Positions 54,858 to 64,000 of a stretch of DNA of 64,000 bases are shown here, in pieces. Under the pieces are notes generated by a model. It saw nothing but the letters and a program-made list of their open reading frames with translations, did not search any database and was not told the DNA's origin. The translations under genes were made by a program, and so were the position numbers. The first letter of the stretch is position 1. Each line of letters opens with the position of its first letter. Location of the stretch: contig NMRA01001012.1 of NCBI GenBank assembly GCA_002633005.1, forward strand, positions 6,448-70,447, read 5' to 3'. This DNA comes from Phoronis australis (taxonomy: Eukaryota > Animalia > Phoronida).

Positions 54858-56689
54858 GTAAGTTTTTTATAACAACCCAAGTTGTATGGTTACACGTTCA
54901 TTATTTCATGCTACATGAGTGGGACATTGGCTTTGTTACAAATGTTGCTAAGCAAATGGAGAATTTTTGAACAAATCAACCAATAAATGTAATTCATTTT
55001 CCCCCACTCATTTGGTGTGAGAAAAAAGCTGGTGGTACTCCAATCTTTTTCCAGCAGATAAGTATCCTAACTCAAGTTGAACAGATACTATACACACTTT
55101 CGACGTGAGTGCGCCCTTGCTAAATTAAACTTCAACTTGTCTACGGTTTGTTAAACTTCATCATTTGGTAACAATTTCCGGTTTGCATTAAATTTCGTTT
55201 CGCGAAGTTTTTATCTAAAGAGAGTGAAGATTTATCTTTAGTAAACGGTGCGGAAACCAATTAACGAAGCATTATTGAAGCCAGATCTCAATGACATTTT
55301 ATCCATACAACGAACAAATATTGACATCAATTTAAAACGTGATAAATATAGTACACCAATGATTGCTGGCATAGATTGACAGACTTTAAACAACACAGAC
55401 ACTATAATATTAATATCGTTGTTGCGGTTTCAAAGCAACTAGCCACCATGAACTACAGCTTGAAATCTATAAGTTCATGTACTAGTAGGGTGCGTTCCGT
55501 AAACCAAGTTTTAGTGAGAGAAGCGAAATCACGCAAGGTCACGCAAAATTAAGCAACTGGAAGGCGAGTGCTCCTTCAATGTGCTCGATGCCTTACTATC
55601 GCGTTGCGGTAAAATGGCGGCTACTGAAGAGGTGAGTCAGTGAGGTTGAAATTTTGAGTTATGGACCAGAGTAGCCTAATTATGGGATTGAATGCACCGT
55701 TTCAAATATATTAAAGCGAACTTTTCGCAGCAAATGCATGTCTTGAAATAAAGGAACACTAACTTCGCCTCACTACTGCCCAATTTACAGGTCATCACTT
55801 GCTCTTGACAATAGAATCGCCCCCGAAAGTTAAGTAAACCAGGGTCATACACGTAAACGAGCATCTCAGGAAGTTTTCAAAATGATAACTTGAAAGTTGC
55901 GTGAGTGTTGAACGATAACATAGCACATATGGCAACCACGAGAGGTAGTTACGCAATGCTTGTTAGTGCAACATATTTTCCATCGTTTTAATGACCAAAA
56001 CATAGGAGGCATAACGGACAGGTAATATTGGTTTGAACCGTGGATGCCAACTTGATCATGCGTCCAATCAACTGTCATAGGAATACCTAAATTATTTACA
56101 TGTAGATTACTGATACATTGCTGAGCAATGTGTGATTTCACAACAATGATTTTTAAAGCAATGTTGTGCCTCCTGGCTATATAGTCTTGCTTGTTCGATA
56201 TGAAAGGACTCTTCGTATACGAACTCATCTATCGGTTCTATATTCATCACCATCTCCACCTCAGTGTGGTGCTAGGAAGTGCCGATGTTATCATAAGACA
56301 AGCTGGACGCTGTACCTTCTGAGTAAACTTCTTAAAGTACAGTTTTTCAGTTTCACTGACCCAAGACACATATCGGTCTTATCATAGAAGTGCATATCCA
56401 TTTCATGGTTTAAGGTTTTGCACCCCATGTTAGTTGCTTACATTGCATAAGTGCAATTGTTGCCTTATTGTTTATATGTCAAAGAAGCACCAGTCAAGCG
56501 AGACAATAAGGGTTCGACCAGAAGAAGAGGGGCCTAGCAAAGACCAGAGACTGTCGGAAACGAACTTCGGGGAAACAATACCAAAAGTCGGCAGTAGTTA
56601 ACCACCGAGTTCCCAAAAGCGAGGAAAGAGCCAATGAAGTGTGCAGTTATAACCTTTTACGAACGATAACACCAAAGCTGTGACCGAAA

Positions 56690-58480
56690 GAGGAGATACG
56701 CCAGCACGCAGAAGGTGAGAGACACATGCTGCGACACCATTGTGATTTGATCCAGTCAAGCCAAGCCAGGAAATATGACCTCCCGGAAGTGATTTAGTGA
56801 GTTGGCAGACTCAAATAAAGGAAGACTGTATTTTGCCAAAGGCAACTCAGGCACACCTTACTCTACGGTATAAGTGTTTGCAGTGTGTAGGGAGCGCCCA
56901 ATGGCCGATTTGATCATCAGGGACGTATTTGGCTCTTTGAACCCAGGAGATGTCGACCGAAAACTGACAGCGACCACCGTCAAAAAGGATGAGCTAGGCG
57001 ATAGCCTTGTGGAAGGCCGGGTAGATGGTACTTCCCAAAAGGAGGATTCTGTGACCTCAATCCCAGATCATTGAAGACAGATCCTGTAAAATCCAGCTCG
57101 GAAGCAGCAGGACTCAAGCACGTCGACAAAAAGGATTTGATTTAAGCCGTTTGCTGTATCTGAAACCATGTTAGAGGAAGTTACAGTAGTTCAAGGAAGC
57201 CCAGTGATAAGATTCATCCCCCAAATAGCTGTGAGATCTATCCCAAAAGAAGGCGGAGCGACAGACCAATAGCAAGAGGTCATACCTGATGGAGATATAG
57301 CAAGAGATAATCTATCGGCTGGTGATGAGGTGAAACAGGTTGCTCATTATGTGCAAGTTGTAGAAGCAATTCATGGAGCTTCCCGCGAGGATATAGTTAG
57401 AAGATATCTCAGGTTGAGCAAGACAACTTATTTGATCACCATTACTCTCTACTTGCCAGGAGGTTTTTTGTTTTTGTAATAGAAAGAAGTAGAAACTTAT
57501 AAAATAAATGTAAAATATATTGACGGGAATTAAGAATGACGTCACAAAAGGATGACATCATAGAAAACTATAATATCACAACAGGAGGTGTCAGAAGTAT
57601 CCCGATTATGCAAAGCATGTGACATCTGCCAGAAGAGGGTTGCGAAAGGGCGAGTTACCAAGGTGCTACTGAGAGAAATGTTGTTGATGGAGGAGCCTTT
57701 CAAGAGGGCAGCGATTGTCCTGGTTGACCATACAGTCCCGATGTCAGATGAGAGGAATAGTTATGTCCTCACGGTTGTAGACTTCGCTATCAGGTGCCCT
57801 CAAGCAGTGGCACTTCGGAAGAAAGAGACAGGCGCGTGGCCGAATAAATGTTAAAAATGGGTTTCCTACGCGAGAACCTGAGTGAATGTGTAATGCAGCT
57901 CACAGAAGAAGTGATAAAGGACGTCAATAGGCGTGGTAGTGCACAGCAGCTGCATGGGACCCCTTTCAACCCACACTGGAATGGACTCGGAGAGAATCAA
58001 AGGCCAGGAATCTGGGACAGGTGCCTTTCAGTCGTCCTTTTCGCTTTATCGAGTGATCGTCCACTCAAGCATAAGATTTTCAACCTTTGAGTTGCTCTGC
58101 GACAGGGCGGTAAGTGGTCCTATTCTGAACTCTCGACTGCAGGGTAATACAGTAGAATTATTTGAAATACCTACTAGTATGTGTTCGACCTAAGGAATTG
58201 TCTTGAGGAAACATATGTGCTAGATGGAAAAACTTGTTTATGCTGAAGGCCAGCCGATGCATTACCACGACAAGAAGGACAGTGACTAGCAGTTTCGAGT
58301 AGAGTAAGTGAGTATTGGTTTTACCCGCTACAGATATAACAAGTTAACTATACAGTGTAAGAGACCATACGTAGTAACAAGAACAGTCGACCTATAGATT
58401 AACATGAATAGCAAGACAAAGATCGTAAATGTGAATCTGTTGCAAGGACGTCGTGAACGCGAGGATGACAACAAAGCAGA
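56690..58480 (+). mobile_element. Heavily decayed Gypsy relic with protease followed by integrase (Gmr1-like order)
   Basis: VRDTCCDTIV (protease site) and DLIIRDVFG, then VSRLCKACDICQKR..EPFKRAAIVLV..YVLTVVDFAIRCPQAVALR, TPFNP.WNGL.E and FELLC.RAVSGP. Confidence 0.7.
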
Positions 58481-58853
58481 CAAGGAACAAGCTGTCGGCG
58501 CGGGGTTGACAGAGTATGATCCTGATGAAGCGACTCCTCTAGACGAAGGCGACCTCGAGCTTCAACCTGCGATCAGACACTATGAAATGGTGTAGATAAA
58601 TTACCTGAGATCCTCTGAAGGCAAATAAAGCAATCATAAACCTGTCATCCGTAATAATGGTGTAGTGCAGACTCATTGGTACAAATGATTGATAAGACAT
58701 TTTATTATCTGTCCGTCTGCTGGTTGAGGACACCTGTTCACTATTGAACAACCTCTTCATTGTTTAACAACGAAAATGAAATTAACAAAAACATTACAAA
58801 ATGTGACGATATGTTGTACTTGTTGTTGATTCTCTACACGATTCATACAAAAG

Positions 58854-58990
58854 ATTCATACGTGGTCGTTGTTAAGGACAATGCTGGTCGTTGTGCTACC
58901 GAGTGCCCGGCAGGTACACGTAAAGTAGCATCAACTGCTCGGTTCTCCAATCCAGTTCCTTTTAAAGAGACGTTTTTGGCACAAATGTGA
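58854..58990 (+). CDS. Candidate terminal exon of the PAN/CTHRC1-C locus
   Basis: Acceptor aaag| at phase 1 matches the 54857 donor and gives ..SSLNSYVVVVKDNAGRCATECPAGTRKVAST..AQM*. AATAAA at ~59119. The polypyrimidine tract is weak. Confidence 0.4.
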
Positions 58991-60039
58991 TTTTACAGAA
59001 ATTTTAGCTACAACGCGGAATCAAACCCCTTACTAACTGCACTCTAGCAACTGAAAACTACCACTGAAATCAACCCGCTTACGTACTAAATGGCAGAGCA
59101 ATTTAAATACATTTGAATAATAAAGACACCTTCCTTGATTTCATCAGACGTTTGGCAAACAACGGTGGAATAGGCGATTTGTAATATTTTGACGCAGAAA
59201 CAAACCACTACTATCTACCGTTAGGCCTTAACATACGTGTAGTAATGTGCAGTGGTAGCAGATTACGGTTGGATTATTACATTTCCAGAACCTATGAAAG
59301 AATATAAAGTAACGTTGATCTTGAAGAAAATGGAGCATCTCAAACAATTCATGATTATGACAATGCACGGTTTAATAATAGTTTATGGGTGAATCAAGTA
59401 CAGCCGCTGCAAAGGGAATAATTAGATACGGCAGACTGTGTTACGATTATGAAATTATAAGAAAGTGTCTCATATTTCAAATTTGCTACACTTTGTCTTA
59501 CTTTGCTAAATTCTATTTCTGTAGGCACATGTCCCAGTTTGTCAAGGTATAATATAGCACAGGTCTCGTGGACGAACGAAAGTGATATCGACAACGGAAT
59601 AATAAAAGTAATTTTTTCATGAAGAATTATTTTTGGACTATTTTTGTGGTATTGTAAATATTAATTTATAAACAAAGTTTCAACGAGAACAGCTCAACTC
59701 AAACTGTCGCTGCCTTGATAACAAAGACCCTAGTTAGAATAACCAGTTAAAGATGGTGTCTTAACGTCATCCACCAATCAAACGTATGTTTTCTGCAGTA
59801 GAAACCCTGTATGAAGATTTTGACTTACTCAACCCAGCTAAACTTCTCACGTACCTTTTGAAAATATCGTGAAATTGTCACAAGCTCTCGACGTCACAGA
59901 GAGCCAGAGGTAAATCCAAAAAAGAAGTCATGTTTGCGTTCACGATATGGTGCGTTTCACCATGACTTTTTGTTAGTAGTTATCATAGCGTGGGCGTAAT
60001 TCCCGCTCGCTAGAGATATCTCGACAATACTTTAAGTTG

Positions 60040-60505
60040 CTTCTACAGTGAGCTGCACTTGTATATGGAAGCGAGTCCGGCGTCAGTGTGAACGGGTGAT
60101 TGGAAAACGCCGATGAAAGTTTTCCATGTAAACGTGTCACCGTTTAACTTCGGAATTTGAAGTTTAGGAAGGTGAGTGTGTCTTTTGGTAAGTCCGGGTA
60201 ACGTTGGTGATAAATCAGTCAAGGTGCTGGCGCGCAATACAGATTCAAAGGGAGCTGTGGTGGACCATCGGTGAATGGAGGTGTTTAAGGTGTCAGCCTC
60301 AGTGTCGCGTGTAACGTGTGAGTGTCCAGAGCATTGGTTATGTCATGTTTGGAATAAATCTGTGATTGTTTGAAGATCGTACTTAGTCTGAGTGAATAGC
60401 TAACCTTTGGCTGTTAGCTTAGTTGATGCGCTTACCAACTTTGCGACGATTTGTCAGTGGGCTCATTGCCGCTGGTGCTCCTTGGTCAGACATGGAGGAT
60501 CAAAA
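60040..60505 (-). mobile_element. BEL/Pao gag fragment
   Basis: HLPKLQIPKLNGDTFTWKTFIGVFQSPVH..L..I.K, resembling the DUF1759-type gag motif. Confidence 0.7.
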
Positions 60506-61899
60506 TTGCCTGAATACGGCATGGTTCAGCATTAGTATCAGATTTCGGCACGATATTTCATGAAGTGACTAGATATATCCCTGGAAATAATGCCTTAAGA
60601 GATAAAAACGAGGATGGTGTGATCAAATAAAATTAAGACTGTTTTGCTTTGTTAATGTGTAATATTAATAAGACCAACCATGCAGTAAGATCGCAGATCG
60701 CTGTCTAATATACACAGTAAGATGACTTTCTTAACAGACATTTCTGCGCTCAGTACTCTGTGTCGAAAGTACACGAAAAATGCCTCATGTACTTTTTTGC
60801 GTTCTGAGGCATATTGCTACGCAGGACAGAGTAGGCACAACGCAGGACATGGTAAGCCCTACGCACTACCGGGTACTCTGCACCATGTCTGTCTAAACTT
60901 GGTCGCTGTGAACTCTTCCTTAACGAAACTTCGTAAAATTATAGAACTATAGATCTGGAATCTGGAATGCCACCTTCAGTCTCGCACTGCTGAGGTTTTG
61001 CCGCACAAGCGTAGAATTTGCTTGCATTCGTTTGTTCCGGTGCAGGTTCTTGCTATAGAATTTGTTGTCGTTATATCTTTTTGCAACTCCACCGTTTTTT
61101 ATTCTGCATAAAAATCATACCTTTAATCCTTGATCAGTCTTTGATGATTACACCAGAAGCAAAAGATCAATAATTTAATTCATACCTAATCATTATTTCG
61201 CGTACTTGACTGGGTTAAACAATATTTTTGCTCTAAAAGCCAAGAGTGTTACAAAAATGAGAAAAGTAATAAGGTGTAATAGTAAGATAAAAAGGGAAAT
61301 GAACCATAGAGGTTATATAAATGACTATAAACCAACGGGAAAAAACTTGAAAGATTCAAAAGGTTTTTACCCTTTAAAGACAGTGATTTTGTAATGTGGG
61401 TCCGTCACAATTGCTTGGATGATTTAATCAGGTAATTATTCAAAATTATAAATCTTTATATATTGTTCTTAATTGGACATTTGGTGCCGTTTGAAACAAT
61501 TACAATCTTCAGGAAAAATTCCAAATTTACGAAACTGCTATAAACCAATTACTCAGAGTATCTATCCAAAATTTTCACGCAGCGTTGAAATGTACTGTAA
61601 TTAGTTCATTGCATTGGTTAGGGTATAAGACTGTCCACAGAAACTTAGTAGTGAACTTATTTCTTCAGAAAGTGAAAATTAGTTTGCAAGATACAAGTTG
61701 TGTATATTACCTAACACAAGAAACATTGGAACACACTTTTACAATAATGTTACTGAAGACAGTGGTCTCTGGAAAAAAACAACATTCATTACAAAGTGAC
61801 AATGTTCCTTTAAACACCTTGCATAGTTCTCACGGTCAACATTCAGGTACTGAAAATCGGAACACTTGACTGAAAAGCGGTACTTACATGTGTACGAAT

Positions 61900-62500
61900 A
61901 AAAAGCGGGAAATCGTGGTCTAAGCCTCCGAAGTTGTTCAAGCTCGGGTTTGACGGGGATTCTGCCACTGGTTGATCATCTGATGATGCTGATTCCGCTG
62001 CGGCTGCTACCGACTTCATCATAGACTTACTTGACTTAGCTGAAGTTCCCAGCATCCTAGACATTCTCCACATGCTCGATGCCACAAAACCTCTAGCTCC
62101 TACCTCAAGTGGTTGGTCGTAGCCACCTTTATTTTCTACATTAACATCTTGTGAGACATAAAAATTCTCCTTCTGGTGAAAATTCTTATCATTGGGTCAA
62201 CCTCCTCGGTCTTCACATAGGAAAACTGGCTGAATACTTCTTCTAGTGAAGTCGACAGGTTGCTTGTCTGTGGCAAAGTTCTACTCCCACTCTGGGCATC
62301 TTCAGATGCTGATAGGTCAATGACACTGTGGTTGTCTGCCTGGATACTGTCCTCTACCGTCTTACTAAAATTGCTGCTGACAGTTCCAAAGCGTTGTCTC
62401 CGAAGACGTTTCATTCTTACCTGGTAGATTCTCACTCCTCTCTGATTCTTGCAAACCGTACCACAAACGTTCCATGTATTGTAGTCCGTTCACAGTGCTG
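61900..62500 (-). mobile_element. Internally deleted RLE-type non-LTR retrotransposon (HERO-like)
   Basis: N-terminal zinc-finger relic CGTVCKNQRGVRIYQVRMK..QR joined within ~350 bp to the RLE C-terminus PLEVGARGFVASSMWRM..LG..AAAAESAS. No RT. Boundaries approximate. Confidence 0.65.
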
Positions 62501-62769
62501 CAGTGCTAAAATTAGAGGTAAGTAGGCGACCAATGCCCTCCGTATCACCTTGAGCACTGACTTTTAAAAGTGCATTTATTTCGCATAATCTGACTCACAA
62601 ACACGTGGGCGCATTTTTGACTCACGAGTGGGTATTTACTTCGAGTCTGCAGTGGCGAATCTAGGATGCTGCAGAAATGGGCCCAACCACACATATGGTA
62701 AGGCAACGGTCTGCATGCATTCCAAGCGGTTTTCTGAAGGGAAAAAACACAATGTTAAAGGAAAATAGG

Positions 62770-63200
62770 CTACCCCCATAACGGCCAGAAACGATATGCT
62801 GGAAGTGTTTGTATTCGCCCTTGGGGTGTGTTTTTCAGCCTTTCGATCCGCCAATGGCATGACTCCGTTCATGAGTTGCACTGCAAGAAAGAGCACTTGG
62901 CAGGTTGCCTACTTTTACGATCTCCTCACGCACTCCTCTGGTTGCCCTTGGGGCAAGCAGGCCAAACTGATCGCAAATAAGCCCAACTTCGTGCTCGTCA
63001 TGTTTTATCCCGGATCCCATAGGCCACGTTTTGGGGTCCAAGATGCCCAGAATAGCACGAAATGGCTGCTCATCATAGTCAAGTCAACGTCACCCCAAAT
63101 TCACAATAGCTTCTTGAATTGTCCAGGACGTATGGTCACGCGTGCCGGAATATTCGGTAACAATGCTGTTGTTAACGTAGCTGTGCATCGACACCGTAAT
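62770..63200 (-). mobile_element. hAT transposase C-terminal relic
   Basis: ILDPKTWP..EHEVGLICDQF and SCSATHERS, resembling the dimerisation motif S.A.CER.FS. Contains stops. Confidence 0.4.
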
Positions 63201-64000
63201 AGCCATTGTATCAATACTACGCCCCACTACACTGTCACTTGTGCTGTGCTTAGGCGCTACGTTAAAATGTAAAAAGATGGTTGGCTTCGCATCCACCCTA
63301 TTATAACGTAACTTGAGGTGTGCAGGCGTAACGTTCAAATGCTAAATGATGGTTGGCTGCGCCTACGTGTGCCTACGCCCCACTACCGCACTGTCCGTGT
63401 ACGTTGCCGTGTCGTTACCACTGGTAATCTATCATTGGGTTCATCTTCAATCCCGCTTCTCGGAGAACCCTTGGGTTCCGTTTCCTTATAGTAACTCGTA
63501 GTAAAAATAAAGGGTGTTCTCCCACGTACAACCTCGATATTGGGCAGCTAACCCTTCCGACCCATCCGTCTTTCTCTGACGTTATTCGTCTCTCCGAACG
63601 CCACTCGTCTCTCCAAGTTGTCCTCTGGTCTTTCCCAAATGTCTCTGAACTTAAATGCAGATTTAATGAGAAGCAGGAAAATTTGTTCAAAAGATTTGGG
63701 TTGTAAAAGTCACATGAAATGAAATGGTGCGAAGGGATCACACAACGTATCAACAACACTGTGCACAACATACAGCAACATCATCGCCGCCCCCTCCCGA
63801 AATATCATCACTTCCATATAAAACAGTATGCAACAATCGACCGTGTAGACATTTAGCCAGGATAACACAAATAACACTTTGCAGTCCTTTAATAATACAT
63901 GTTTTGTATTTGTAGACATTCAGCTACTACAAACGCGACCCGAGCACGGCCATTCACGTGATTTTCGTTGCTAACATGCAGCCAACCAACGATAGAATGA

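Noticed and set aside
55487-56426. Possible second ISL2EU/YqaJ derivative with ends GGGTGCG../..GCACCCC
   Set aside because: The terminal repeats match poorly and no continuous motif could be recovered.
62796-63272. 158-aa + strand ORF with a hydrophobic start
   Set aside because: No recognisable domain, and better explained as antisense to a hAT relic.

Overview
AT-rich animal genomic scaffold with two N gaps. It is not prokaryotic: I see no operons, rRNA or CRISPR. It looks invertebrate, possibly lophotrochozoan, which is an inference from the repeat types and the PAN-domain exon. Most of the window is nested, decayed transposons. These are APE-RT LINEs (one inside another), a Mag-type Gypsy with 5' LTR and PBS, two BEL/Pao relics, a Gmr1-type Gypsy relic, an internally deleted RLE (HERO-like) retroelement, and DNA transposons (Academ, ISL2EU with THAP and YqaJ, Kolobok with THAP, Harbinger-like, hAT, MITEs). 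The only host-gene-like signal is a + strand multi-exon locus at about 25.9-59.0 kb. It has a signal peptide + PAN/apple exon, one clean CTHRC1 C-terminal-domain exon and a phase-compatible last exon. It also has decayed exon pieces, interrupted by transposons, suggesting two tandem CTHRC1-C domains with no collagen helix, probably now a pseudogene. A ~100-bp-arm hairpin lies about 480 bp upstream of its ATG. All family calls come from motif recognition by eye, not database searches.
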